Below, piece by piece: positions 15,001 through 30,000 of a stretch of 64,000 bases of DNA (positions are counted from its first letter, which is position 1; every line of letters starts with the position of its first letter). This DNA comes from Eledone cirrhosa (lineage: Eukaryota). Below the pieces are notes generated by a model. It saw nothing but the letters and a program-made list of their open reading frames with translations, had not been told where the DNA came from and did no database searches. The translations under genes were made by a program, and so were the position numbers. Location of the stretch: the NCBI GenBank assembly GCA_964016885.1, contig OZ024758.1, positions 29,760,001-29,824,000 on the forward strand, read 5' to 3'.

Positions 15001-18000
15001 GTTGTTGCTATCATAAAATTATTGGAAGTGATGTAAGTCTTTTTGTTGTTGCTATCATAAAATTATTAGAAGTGATGTAAGTCTTTTTGTTGTTGCTATC
15101 ATAAAATTATTGGAAGTCATGTAAATCTTTTTGTTGTTGCTATCATAAAATAATTTGGAAGTCATGTAAGTCTTTTTGTTGTTGCTATCATAAAATTATT
15201 GGAAGTCATGCCAATCTAAGTCTTTTTATGGTTGCTATCATAAAATTATTGGAAGTCATGTAAGACTTTTAGTTGTTGGTATCATAAAATTATTGGAATT
15301 CATGTAAGTCTTTTTGTTGTTGCTATCATAAAATTATTGGAAGTCATGTAAGTCTTTTTGTTGTTGCTATCATAAAATTATTGGAATTCATGTAAGTCTT
15401 TTTGTTGTTGCTATCATAAAATTATTGGAAGTCATGTAAGTCTTTTTGTTGTTGCTATCATAAAATTATTGGAAGTCATGTAAGTCTTTTTGTTGTTGCT
15501 ATCATAAAATTATTGGAAGTCATGTAAGTATTTTTGTTGTTGCTATCATAAAATTATTGGAAGTCATGTAAGTCTTTTTGTTGTTGCTATCATAAAATTA
15601 TTGGAAGTCGTGTAAGTCTTTTTGTTGTTGCTATCATAAAATTATTGGAAGTAATGTAAGTCTTTTTGTTGTTGCTATCCAAAAATTATTGGAAGTCATG
15701 TAAGTCTTTTTGTTGTTGCTATCATAAAATTATTGGAAGTAATGTAAGTCTTTTTGTTGTTGCTATCATAAAATTATTGGAAGTCATGTAAGTCTTTTTG
15801 TTGTTGCTATCCAAAAATTATTGGAAGTCATGTAAGTCTTTTTGTTGTTGCTATCATAAAATTATTAGAAGTGATATAAGTCTTTTTGTTGTTGCTATCA
15901 TAAAATTATTGGAAGTCATGTAAATATTTTTGTTGTTGCTATCATAAAATAATTTGGAAGTCATGTAAGTCTTTTTGTTGTTGCTATCATAAAATTATTG
16001 GAAGTCATGCCAATCTAAGTCTTTTTATGGTTGCTATCATAAAATTATTGGAAGTCATGTAAGTCTTCTTGTTGCTATCATAAAATAAATTGGAAGTCAT
16101 GTAAGTCTTTTTGTTGTTGCTATCATAAAATTATTGGAAGTCATGTAAGTCTTTTTTTTTTTGCTATCATAAAATTATCAGAAGTCATGTAAGTGTTTTT
16201 GTTGTTGCTATCATAAAATTATAGGAAGTCATGTCAGTCTTTTTGTTGTTGCTATCATAAAATTAATGGAAGTCATGTAAGTCTTTTTGTTGTTGCTATC
16301 ATAAAATTATTGGAAGTAATGTAAGTCTTTTTGTTGTTGCTATCATAAAATTATTGGAAGTCATGTAAGTGTTTTTGTTGTTGCTATCATAAAATTATTG
16401 GAAGTAATGTAAGTGTTTTTGTTGTTGCTATCATAAACTTATTAGAAGTCATGTAAGTCATTTTGTTGTTGCTATCATAAAATTATTGGAAGTCATGTAA
16501 GTGTTTTTGTTGTTGCTATCATAACATTATTGGAAGTCATGTAAGTCTTTTTGTTGTTGCTATCATAAAATTATCGGAAGTCATGTAAGTGTTTTTGTTG
16601 TTGCTATCATAACATTATTGGAAGTCATGTAAGTCTTTTTGTTGTTGCTATCATAAAATTATTGGAAGTCATGTAAGTCTTTTTGTTGTTGATATCATAA
16701 AATTATTGTAAGTGATGTAAGTGTTTTTGTTGTTGCTATCATAAAATTATTGGAAGTCATGTAAGTCTTTTTTTTGTTGCTATCATAAAATTATTAGAAG
16801 TGATGTAAGTCTTTTTGTTGTTGCTATCATAAAATTATTGGAAGTCATGCCAATCTAAGTCTTTTTATGGTTGCTATCATAAAATTATTGGAAGTCATGT
16901 AAGTCTTCTTGTTGCTATCATAAAATAAATTGGAAGACATGTAAGTCTTTTTGTTGTTGCTATCATAAAATTATTGGAAGTCATGTAAGTCTTTTTGTTG
17001 TTGCTATCATAAAATTATTGGAAGTCATGTAAGTGTTTTTGTTGTTGCTATCATAAAATTATTGGAAGTCATGTAAGTGTTTTTGTTGTTGCTATCATAA
17101 AATTATTAGAAGTCATGTAAGTCATTTTGTTGTTGCTATCATAAGATTATTGGAAGTCATCTAAGTGTTTTTGTTGTTGCTATCATAAAATTATTGGAAG
17201 TCATGTAAGTCTTTTTGTTGTTGCTATCATAAAATTATTGGAAGTCATGTAAGTCTTTTTGTTGTTGCTATCATAAAATTATTGGAAGTGATGTAAGTGT
17301 TTTTGTTGTTGCTATCATAAAATTATTGGAAGTCATGTAAGTGTTTTTGTTGTTGCTATCATAAAATTATAGGAAGTCATGTCAGTCTTTTTGTTGTTGC
17401 TATCATAAAATTATTGGAAGTAATGTAAGTCTTTTTGTTGTTGCTATCATAAAATTATTGGAAGTCATGTAAGTGTTTTTGTTGTTGCTATCATAAAATT
17501 ATTGGAAGTAATGTAAGTGTTTTTGTTGTTGCTATCATAAAATTATTAGAAGTCATGTAAGTCATTTTGTTGTTGCTATCATAAAATTATTGGAAGTCAT
17601 GTAAGTGTTTTTGTTGTTGCTATCATAACATTATTGGAAGTCATGTAAGTCTTTTTGTTGTTGCTATCATAACATTATTGGAAGTCATGTAAGTGTTTTT
17701 GTTGTTGCTATCATAACATTATTGGAAGTCATGTAAGTCTTTTTGTTGTTGCTATCATAAAATTATTGGAAGTCATGTAAGTCTTTTTGTTGTTGATATC
17801 ATAATATTATTGGAAGTGATGTAAGTGTTTTTGTTGTTGCTATCATAAAATTATTGGAAGTCATGTAAGTCTTTTTGTTGTTGCTATCATAAAATTATTG
17901 GAAGTGATGTAAGTCTTTTTGTTGTTGCTATCATAAAATTATTAGAAGTGATGTAAGTCTTTTTGTTGTTGCTATCATAAAATTATTGGAAGTCATGTAA

Positions 18001-21000
18001 ATCTTTTTGTTGTTGCTATCATAAAATAATTTGGAAGTCATGTAAGTCTTTTTGTTGTTGCTATCATAAAATTATTGGAAGTCATGCCAATCTAAGTCTT
18101 TTTATGGTTGCTATCATAAAATTATTGGAAGTCATGTAAGACTTTTAGTTGTTGGTATCATAAAATTATTGGAATTCATGTAAGTCTTTTTGTTGTTGCT
18201 ATCATAAAATTATTGGAAGTCATGTAAGTCTTTTTGTTGTTGCTATCATAAAATTATTGGAATTCATGTAAGTCTTTTTGTTGTTGCTATCATAAAATTA
18301 TTGGAAGTCATGTAAGTCTTTTTGTTGTTGCTATCATAAAATTATTGGAAGTCATGTAAGTCTTTTTGTTGTTGCTATCATAAAATTATTGGAAGTCATG
18401 TAAGTATTTTTGTTGTTGCTATCATAAAATTATTGGAAGTCATGTAAGTCTTTTTGTTGTTGCTATCATAAAATTATTGGAAGTCGTGTAAGTCTTTTTG
18501 TTGTTGCTATCATAAAATTATTGGAAGTAATGTAAGTCTTTTTGTTGTTGCTATCCAAAAATTATTGGAAGTCATGTAAGTCTTTTTGTTGTTGCTATCA
18601 TAAAATTATTGGAAGTAATGTAAGTCTTTTTGTTGTTGCTATCATAAAATTATTGGAAGTCATGTAAGTCTTTTTGTTGTTGCTATCCAAAAATTATTGG
18701 AAGTCATGTAAGTCTTTTTGTTGTTGCTATCATAAAATTATTAGAAGTGATATAAGTCTTTTTGTTGTTGCTATCATAAAATTATTGGAAGTCATGTAAA
18801 TATTTTTGTTGTTGCTATCATAAAATAATTTGGAAGTCATGTAAGTCTTTTTGTTGTTGCTATCATAAAATTATTGGAAGTCATGCCAATCTAAGTCTTT
18901 TTATGGTTGCTATCATAAAATTATTGGAAGTCATGTAAGTCTTCTTGTTGCTATCATAAAATAAATTGGAAGTCATGTAAGTCTTTTTGTTGTTGCTATC
19001 ATAAAATTATTGGAAGTCATGTAAGTCTTTTTTTTTTTGCTATCATAAAATTATCAGAAGTCATGTAAGTGTTTTTGTTGTTGCTATCATAAAATTATAG
19101 GAAGTCATGTCAGTCTTTTTGTTGTTGCTATCATAAAATTAATGGAAGTCATGTAAGTCTTTTTGTTGTTGCTATCATAAAATTATTGGAAGTAATGTAA
19201 GTCTTTTTGTTGTTGCTATCATAAAATTATTGGAAGTCATGTAAGTGTTTTTGTTGTTGCTATCATAAAATTATTGGAAGTAATGTAAGTGTTTTTGTTG
19301 TTGCTATCATAAACTTATTAGAAGTCATGTAAGTCATTTTGTTGTTGCTATCATAAAATTATTGGAAGTCATGTAAGTGTTTTTGTTGTTGCTATCATAA
19401 CATTATTGGAAGTCATGTAAGTCTTTTTGTTGTTGCTATCATAAAATTATCGGAAGTCATGTAAGTGTTTTTGTTGTTGCTATCATAACATTATTGGAAG
19501 TCATGTAAGTCTTTTTGTTGTTGCTATCATAAAATTATTGGAAGTCATGTAAGTCTTTTTGTTGTTGATATCATAAAATTATTGTAAGTGATGTAAGTGT
19601 TTTTGTTGTTGCTATCATAAAATTATTGGAAGTCATGTAAGTCTTTTTGTTGTTGCTATCATAAAATTATTAGAAGTGATGTAAGTCTTTTTGTTGTTGC
19701 TATCATAAAATTATTGGAAGTCATGCCAATCTAAGTCTTTTTATGGTTGCTATCATAAAATTATTGGAAGTCATGTAAGTCTTCTTGTTGCTATCATAAA
19801 ATAAATTGGAAGTCATGTAAGTCTTTTTGTTGTTGCTATCATAAAATTATTGGAAGTCATGTAAGTCTTTTTGTTGTTGCTATCATAAAATTATTGGAAG
19901 TCATGTAAGTGTTTTTGTTGTTGCTATCATAAAATTATTGGAAGTCATGTAAGTGTTTTTGTTGTTGCTATCATAAAATTATTAGAAGTCATGTAAGTCA
20001 TTTTGTTGTTGCTATCATAAGATTATTGGAAGTCATCTAAGTGTTTTTGTTGTTGCTATCATAAAATTATTGGAAGTCATGTAAGTCTTTTTGTTGTTGC
20101 TATCATAAAATTATTGGAAGTCATGTAAGTCTTTTTGTTGTTGCTATCATAAAATTATTGGAAGTGATGTAAGTGTTTTTGTTGTTGCTATCATAAAATT
20201 ATTGGAAGTCATGTAAGTCTTGTTGTCGTTGCTATCATAAAATTATTGGAAGTAATGTAAGTGTTTTTGTTGTTGCTATCATAAAATTATTGGAAGTCAT
20301 GTAAGTGTTTTTGTTGTTGCTATCATAAAATTATTAGAAGTAATGTAAGTCTTTTTGTTGTTGCTATCATAAAATTATTAGAAGTAATGTAAGTCTCTTT
20401 GTTGTTGCTATCATAAAATTATTGGAAGTCATGTAAGTTTTTTTGTTGTTACTATCATAAAATTATTGGAAGTAATGTAAGTGTTTTTGTTGTTGCTATC
20501 ATAAAATTATTGGAAGTCATGTAAGTGTTTTTGTTGTTGCTATCATAAAATTATTGGAAGTCATGTAAGTCTTTTTGTTATTGCTATCATAAAATTATTG
20601 GAAGTCATGTAAGTGTTTTTGTTGCTATCATAAAATTATTGATGTCATGTAAGTGTTTTTGTTGTTGCTATCATAAAATTATTGGAAGTCATGTAATTCT
20701 TTTGTTGTTGTTGTCATAAAATAATTTGGAAGTCATGTAAGTCTTTTTGTTGTTGCTATCATAATATTATAGCAAATCATGTAAGATTTTTTCTTGTTGC
20801 TATCATAAAATTATTGGAAGTCATGTAAGTGTTTTTGTTGCTATCATAAAATTATTGGAAGTCATATAAGTCTGTTTGTTGTTGCTATCATAAAATTATT
20901 GGAAGTCATGTAAGTGTTTTTGTTGTTGATATCATAAAATTATTGGAAGTCATGTAAGTGTTTATGTTGTTGCTATCATAAAATTATTGGAAGTCATGTA

Positions 21001-24000
21001 AGTCTTTTTTTTGTTGCTATCATAAAATTATTGGAAGTCATGTAAACCTTTTTGTTGTTGCTATCATAAAATTATTGGAAGTCATGTCAGTCTTTTTGTT
21101 GTTGCTATCATAAAATTATTGGAAGTCATGTAAGTGTTTTTGTTGTTGCTATCATAAAATTATTAGAAGTCATGTAAGTCATTTTGTTGTTGCTATCATA
21201 AAATTATTGGAAGTCATGTAAATCTTTTTGTTGTTGCTATCATAAAATTATTGGAAGTCATGTAAGTGTTTTTGTTGTTGCTATCATAAAATTATTGGAA
21301 GTCATGTAAGTCTTGTTGTCGTTGCTATCATAAAATTATTGGAAGTAATGTAAGTGTTTTTGTTGTTGCTATCATAAAATTATTGGAAGTCATGTAAGTG
21401 TTTTTGTTGTTGCTACCATAAAATTATTGGAAGTTATGTAAGTGTTTTTGTTGTTGCTATCATAAAATTATTAGAAGTAATGTAAGTCTTTTAGTTGTTG
21501 CTATCATAAAATTATTAGAAGTAATGTAAGTCTTTTTGTTGTTGCTATCATAAAATTATTAGAAGTAATGTAAGTCTCTTTGTTGTTGCTATCATAAAAT
21601 TATTGGAAGTCATGTAAGTTTTTTTGTTGTTACTATCATAAAATTATTGGAAGTAATGTAAGTGTTTTTGTTGTTGCTATCATAAAATTATTGGAAGTCA
21701 TGTAAGTGTTTTTGTTGTTGCTATCATAAAATTATTGGAAGTCATGTAAGTCTTTTTGTTATTGCTATCATAAAATTATTGGAAGTCATGTAAGTGTTTT
21801 TGTTGCTATCATAAAATTATTGAAGTCATGTAAGTGTTTTTGTTGTTGCTATCATAATATTATTGGAAGTCATGTAATTTTTTTGTTGTTGTTGTCATAA
21901 AATAATTTGGAAGTCATGTAAGTCTTTTTGTTGTTGCTATCATAATATTATAGCAAATCATGTAAGATTTTTTCTTGTTGCTATCATAAAATTATTGGAA
22001 GTCATGTAAGTGTTTTTGTTGCTATCATAAAATTATTGGAAGTCATATAAGTCTGTTTGTTGTTGCTATCATAAAATTATTGGAAGTCATGTAAGTGTTT
22101 TTGTTGTTGCTATCATAAAATTATTGGAAGTCATGTAAGTGTTTATGTTGTTGCTATCATAAAATTATTGGAAGTCATGTAAGTCATTTTGTTGTTGCTA
22201 TCATAAAATTATTGGAAGTCATGTAAATCTTTTTGTTGTTGCTATCATAAAATTATTGGAAGTCATGTAAGTCTTTTTTTTGTTGCTATCATAAAATTAT
22301 TGGACGTCATGTAAGTCTTTTTGTTGTTGCTATCATAAAATTATTGGAAGTCATGTAAGTGTTTTTGTTGTTGCTATCATAAAATTATTAGAAGTCATGT
22401 AAGTAATTTTGTTGTTGCTATCATAAAATTATTGGAAGTCATGTAAGTGTTTTTGTTGTTGCTATCATAAAATTATTGGAAGTCATGTAAGTGTTTTTGT
22501 TGTTGCTATCATAAAATTATTGGAAGTGATGTAAGTCTTTTTGTTGTTGCTATCATAAAATTATTAGAAGTGATGTAAGTCTTTTTGTTGTTGCTATCAT
22601 AAAATTATTGGAAGTCATGTAAATCTTTTTGTTGTTGCTATCATAAAATAATTTGGAAGTCATGTAAGTCTTTTTGTTGTTGCTATCATAAAATTATTGG
22701 AAGTCATGCCAATCTAAGTCTTTTTATGGTTGCTATCATAAAATTATTGGAAGTCATGTAAGACTTTTAGTTGTTGGTATCATAAAATTATTGGAATTCA
22801 TGTAAGTCTTTTTGTTGTTGCTATCATAAAATTATTGGAAGTCATGTAAGTCTTTTTGTTGTTGCTATCATAAAATTATTGGAATTCATGTAAGTCTTTT
22901 TGTTGTTGCTATCATAAAATTATTGGAAGTCATGTAAGTCTTTTTGTTGTTGCTATCATAAAATTATTGTAAGTGATGTAAGTGTTTTTGTTGTTGCTAT
23001 CATAAAATTATTGGAAGTCATGTAAGTCTTTTTGTTGTTGCTATCATAAAATTATTAGAAGTGATGTAAGTCTTTTTGTTGTTGCTATCATAAAATTATT
23101 GGAGGTCATGTAAATCTTTTTGTTGTTGCTATCATAAAATAATTTGGAAGTCATGTAAGTGTTTTTGTTGTTGCTATCATAAAATTATTGGAAGTCATGC
23201 CAATCTAAGTCTTTTTATGGTTGCTATCATAAAATTATTGGAAGTCATGTAAGTCTTCTTGTTGCTATCATAAAATAAATTGGAAGTCATGTAAGTCTTT
23301 TTGTTGTTGCTATCATAATATTATTGGAAGTCATGTAAGTCTTTTTGTTGTTGCTATCATAAAATTATTGGAAGTCATGTAAGTGTTTTTGTTGTTGCTA
23401 TCATAAAATTATTAGAAGTCAGGTAAGTCATTTTGTTGTTGCTATCATAAAATTATTGGAAGTCATCTAAGTGTTTTTGTTGTTGCTATCATAAAATTAT
23501 TGGAAGTCATGTAAGTCTTTTTGTTGTTGCTATCATAAAATTATTGGAAGTCATGTAAGTCTTTTTGTTGTTGCTATCATAAAATTATTGGAAGTGATGT
23601 AAGTGTTTTTGTTGTTGCTATCATAAAATTATTGGAAGTCATGTAAGTCTTGTTGTCGTTGCTATCATAAAATTATTGGAAGTAATGTAAGTGTTTTTGT
23701 TGTTGCTATCATAAAATTATTGGAAGTCATGTAAGTGTTTTTGTTGTTGCTACCATAAAATTATTGGAAGTTATGTAAGTGTTTTTGTTGTTGCTATCAT
23801 AAAATTATTAGAAGTAATGTAAGTCTTTTAGTTGTTGCTATCATAAAATTATTAGAAGTAATGTAAGTCTTTTTGTTGTTGCTATCATAAAATTATTAGA
23901 AGTCATGTAAGTCATTTTGTTGTTGCTATCATAAAATTATTGGAAGTCATGTAAATCTTTTTGTTGTTGCTATCATAAAATTATTGGAAGTCATGTAAGT

Positions 24001-27000
24001 CTTTTTTTTGTTGCTATCATAAAATTATTGGACGTCATGTAAGTCTTTTTGTTGTTGCTATCATAAAATTATTGGAAGTCATGTAAGTGTTTTTGTTGTT
24101 GCTATCATAAAATTATTAGAAGTCATGTAAGTAATTTTGTTGTTGCTATCATAAAATTATTGGAAGTCATGTAAGTGTTTTTGTTGTTGCTATCATAAAA
24201 TTATTGGAAGTCATGTAAGTGTTTTTGTTGTTGCTATCATAAAATTATTGGAAGTGATGTAAGTCTTTTTGTTGTTGCTATCATAAAATTATTAGAAGTG
24301 ATGTAAGTCTTTTTGTTGTTGCTATCATAAAATTATTGGAAGTCATGTAAATCTTTTTGTTGTTGCTATCATAAAATAATTTGGAAGTCATGTAAGTCTT
24401 TTTGTTGTTGCTATCATAAAATTATTGGAAGTCATGCCAATCTAAGTCTTTTTATGGTTGCTATCATAAAATTATTGGAAGTCATGTAAGACTTTTAGTT
24501 GTTGGTATCATAAAATTATTGGAATTCATGTAAGTCTTTTTGTTGTTGCTATCATAAAATTATTGGAAGTCATGTAAGTCTTTTTGTTGTTGCTATCATA
24601 AAATTATTGGAATTCATGTAAGTCTTTTTGTTGTTGCTATCATAAAATTATTGGAAGTCATGTAAGTCTTTTTGTTGTTGCTATCATAAAATTATTGGAA
24701 GTCATGTAAGTCTTTTTGTTGTTGCTATCATAAAATTATTGGAAGTCATGTAAGTATTTTTGTTGTTGCTATCATAAAATTATTGGAAGTCATGTAAGTC
24801 TTTTTGTTGTTGCTATCATAAAATTATTGGAAGTCGTGCAAGTCTTTTTGTTGTTGCTATCATAAAATTATTGGAAGTAATGTAAGTCTTTTTGTTGTTG
24901 CTATCCAAAAATTATTGGAAGTCATGTAAGTCTTTTTGTTGTTGCTATCATAAAATTATTGGATGTAATGTAAGTCTTTTTGTTGTTGCTATCATAAAAT
25001 TATTGGAAGTCATGTAATTTTTTTGTTGTTGTTGTCATAAAATAATTTGGAAGTCATGTAAGTCTTTTTGTTGTTGCTATCATAATATTATAGCAAATCA
25101 TGTAAGATTTTTTCTTGTTGCTATCATAAAATTATTGGAAGTCATGTAAGTGTTTTTGTTGCTATCATAAAATTATTGGAAGTCATATAAGTCTGTTTGT
25201 TGTTGCTATCATAAAATTATTGGAAGTCATGTAAGTGTTTTTGTTGTTGTTATCATAAAATTATTGGAAGTCATGTAAGTCTTTTTTTTGTTGCTATCAT
25301 AAAATTATTGGAAGTCATGTAAACCTTTTTGTTGTTGCTATCATAAAATTATTGGAAGTCATGTCAGTCTTTTTGTTGTTGCTATCATAAAATTATTGGA
25401 AGTCATGTAAGTGTTTTTGTTGTTGCTATCATAAAATTATTAGAAGTCATGTAAGTCATTTTGTTGTTGCTATCATAAAATTATTGGAAGTCATGTAAAT
25501 CTTTTTGTTGTTGCTATCATAAAATTATTGGAAGTCATGTAAGTCTTTTTTTTGTTGCTATCATAAAATTATTGGACGTCATGTAAGTCTTTTTGTTGTT
25601 GCTATCATAAAATTATTGGAAGTCATGTAAGTGTTTTTGTTGTTGCTATCATAAAATTATTAGAAGTCATGTAAGTAATTTTGTTGTTGCTATCATAAAA
25701 TTATTGGAAGTCATGTAAGTGTTTTTGTTGTTGCTATCATAAAATTATTGGAAGTCATGTAAGTGTTTTTGTTGTTGCTATCATAAAATTATTGGAAGTC
25801 ATGTAAGTCTTTTTTTTGTTGCTATCATAAAATTATCGGAAGTCATGTAAATCTTTTTGCTGTTGCTATCATAAAATTATTGGAAGTCATGTAAGTCTTT
25901 TTGTTGTTGCTATCATAACATTATTGGAAGTCATGTAAGTGTTTTTGTTGTTGCTATCATAACATTATTGGAAGTGATGTAAGTGTTTTTGTTGTTGCTA
26001 TCATAAAATTATTGGAAGTCATGTAAGTCTTTTTGTTGTTGCTATCATAAAATTATTGGAAGTGATGTAAGTCTTTTTGTTGTTGCTATCATAAAATTAT
26101 TAGAAGTGATGTAAGTCTTTTTGTTGTTGCTATCATAAAATTATTGGAAGTCATGTAAATCTTTTTGTTGTTGCTATCATAAAATAATTTGGAAGTCATG
26201 TAAGTCTTTTTGTTGTTGCTATCATAAAATTATTGGAAGTCATGCCAATCTAAGTCTTTTTATGGTTGCTATCATAAAATTATTGGAAGTCATGTAAGAC
26301 TTTTAGTTGTTGGTATCATAAAATTATTGGAATTCATGTAAGTCTTTTTGTTGTTGCTATCATAAAATTATTGGAAGTCATGTAAGTCTTTTTGTTGTTG
26401 CTATCATAAAATTATTGGAATTCATGTAAGTCTTTTTGTTGTTGCTATCATAAAATTATTGGAAGTCATGTAAGTCTTTTTGTTGTTGCTATCATAAAAT
26501 TATTGGAAGTCGTGTAAGTCTTTTTGTTGTTGCTATCATAAAATTATTGGAAGTCATGTAAGTATTTTTGTTGTTGCTATCATAAAATTATTGGAAGTCA
26601 TGTAAGTCTTTTTGTTGTTGCTATCATAAAATTATTGGAAGTCGTGCAAGTCTTTTTGTTGTTGCTATCATAAAATTATTGGAAGTAATGTAAGTCTTTT
26701 TGTTGTTGCTATCCAAAAATTATTGGAAGTCATGTAAGTCTTTTTGTTGTTGCTATCATAAAATTATTGGATGTAATGTAAGTCTTTTTGTTGTTGCTAT
26801 CATAAAATTATTGGAAGTCGTGTAAGTCTTTTTGTTGTTGCTATCATAAAATTATTGTAAGTGATGTAAGTGTTTTTGTTGTTGCTATCATAAAATTATT
26901 GGAAGTCATGTAAGTCTTCTTGTTGCTATCATAAAATAAATTGGAAGTCATGTAAGTCTTTTTGTTGTTGCTATCATAAAATTATTGGAAGTCATGTAAG

Positions 27001-30000
27001 TCTTTTTGTTGTTGCTATCATAAAATTATTGGAAGTCATGTAAGTGTTTTTGTTGTTGCTATCATAAAATTATTAGAAGTCAGGTAAGTCATTTTGTTGT
27101 TGCTATCATAAAATTATTGGAAGTCATCTAAGTGTTTTTGTTGTTGCTATCATAAAATTATTGGAAGTCATGTAAGTCTTTTTGTTGTTGCTATCATAAA
27201 ATTATTGGAAGTCATGTAAGTCTTTTTGTTGTTGCTATCATAAAATTATTGGAAGTGATGTAAGTGTTTTTGTTGTTGCTATCATAAAATTATTGGAAGT
27301 CATGTAAGTCTTGTTGTCGTTGCTATCATAAAATTATTGGAAGTAATGTAAGTGTTTTTGTTGTTGCTATCATAAAATTATTGGAAGTCATGTAAGTCTT
27401 TTTGTTGTTGCTATCATAAAATTATTGGAATTCATGTAAGTCTTTTTGTTGTTGCTATCATAAAATTATTGGAAGTCATGTAAGTCTTTTTGTTGTTGCT
27501 ATCATAAAATTATTGGAAGTCATGTAAGTCTTTTTGTTGTTGCTATCATAAAATTATTGGAAGTCATGTAAGTATTTTTGTTGTTGCTATCATAAAATTA
27601 TTGGAAGTCATGTAAGTCTTTTTGTTGTTGCTATCATAAAATTATTGGAAGTCGTGCAAGTCTTTTTGTTGTTGCTATCATAAAATTATTGGAAGTAATG
27701 TAAGTCTTTTTGTTGTTGCTATCCAAAAATTATTGGAAGTCATGTAAGTCTTTTTGTTGTTGCTATCATAAAATTATTGGATGTAATGTAAGTCTTTTTG
27801 TTGTTGCTATCATAAAATTATTGGAAGTCGTGTAAGTCTTTTTGTTGTTGCTATCATAAAATTATTGTAAGTGATGTAAGTGTTTTTGTTGTTGCTATCA
27901 TAAAATTATTGGAAGTCATGTAAGTCTTTTTGTTGTTGCTATCATAAAATTATTAGAAGTCATGCCAATCTAAGTCTTTTTATGGTTGCTATCATAAAAT
28001 TATTGGAAGTCATGTAAGTCTTCTTGTTGCTATCATAAAATAAATTGGAAGTCATGTAAGTCTTTTTGTTGTTGCTATCATAAAATTATTGGAAGTCATG
28101 TAAGTCTTTTTGTTGTTGCTATCATAAAATTATTGGAAGTCATGTAAGTGTTTTTGTTGTTGCCATCATAAAATTATTAGAAGTCAGGTAAGTCATTTTG
28201 TTGTTGCTATCATAAAATTATTGGAAGTCATCTAAGTGTTTTTGTTGTTGCTATCATAAAATTATTGGAAGTCATGTAAGTCTTTTTGTTGTTGCTATCA
28301 TAAAATTATTGGAAGTGATGTAAGTCTTTTTGTTGTTGCTATCATAAAATTATTAGAAGTGATGTAAGTCTTTTTGTTGTTGCTATCATAAAATTATTGG
28401 AAGTCATGTAAATCTTTTTGTTGTTGCTATCATAAAATAATTTGGAAGTCATGTAAGTCTTTTTGTTGTTGCTATCATAAAATTATTGGAAGTCATGCCA
28501 ATCTAAGTCTTTTTATGGTTGCTATCATAAAATTATTGGAAGTCATGTAAGACTTTTAGTTGTTGGTATCATAAAATTATTGGAATTCATGTAAGTCTTT
28601 TTGTTGTTGCTATCATAAAATTATTGGAAGTCATGTAAGTCTTTTTGTTGTTGCTATCATAAAATTATTGGAATTCATGTAAGTCTTTTTGTTGTTGCTA
28701 TCATAAAATTATTGGAAGTCATGTAAGTCTTTTTGTTGTTGCTATCATAAAATTATTGGAAGTCATGTAAGTCTTTTTGTTGTTGCTATCATAAAATTAT
28801 TGGAAGTCATGTAAGTATTTTTGTTGTTGCTATCATAAAATTATTGGAAGTCATGTAAGTCTTTTTGTTGTTGCTATCATAAAATTATTGGAAGTCGTGC
28901 AAGTCTTTTTGTTGTTGCTATCATAAAATTATTGGAAGTAATGTAAGTCTTTTTGTTGTTGCTATCCAAAAATTATTGGAAGTCATGTAAGTCTTTTTGT
29001 TGTTGCTATCATAAAATTATTGGATGTAATGTAAGTCTTTTTGTTGTTGCTATCATAAAATTATTGGAAGTCGTGTAAGTCTTTTTGTTGTTGCTATCAT
29101 AAAATTATTGTAAGTGATGTAAGTGTTTTTGTTGTTGCTATCATAAAATTATTGGAAGTCATGTAAGTCTTTTTGTTGTTGCTATCATAAAATTATTAGA
29201 AGTGATGTAAGTCTTTTTGTTGTTGCTATCATAAAATTATTGGAGGTCATGTAAATCTTTTTGTTGTTGCTATCATAAAATAATTTGGAAGTCATGTAAG
29301 TGTTTTTGTTGTTGCTATCATAAAATTATTGGAAGTCATGCCAATCTAAGTCTTTTTATGGTTGCTATCATAAAATTATTGGAAGTCATGTAATTTTTTT
29401 GTTGTTGTTGTCATAAAATAATTTGGAAGTCATGTAAGTCTTTTTGTTGTTGCTATCCTAATATTATAGCAAATCATGTAAGATTTTTTCTTGTTGCTAT
29501 CATAAAATTATTGGAAGTCATGTAAGTGTTTTTGTTGCTATCATAAAATTATTGGAAGTCATATAAGTCTGTTTGTTGTTGCTATCATAAAATTATTGGA
29601 AGTCATGTAAGTGTTTTTGTTGTTGCTATCATAAAATTATTGGAAGTCATGTAAGTCTTTTTTTTGTTGCTATCATAAAATTATTGGAAGTCATGTAAAC
29701 CTTTTTGTTGTTGCTATCATAAAATTATTGGAAGTCATGTCAGTCTTTTTGTTGTTGCTATCATAAAATTATTGGAAGTCATGTAAGTGTTTTTGTTGTT
29801 GCTATCATAAAATTATTAGAAGTCATGTAAGTCATTTTGTTGTTGCTATCATAAAATTATTGGAAGTCATGTAAATCTTTTTGTTGTTGCTATCATAAAA
29901 TTATTGGAAGTCATGTAAGTCTTTTTTTTGTTGCTATCATAAAATTATTGGACGTCATGTAAGTCTTTTTGTTGTTGCTATCATAAAATTATTGGAAGTC

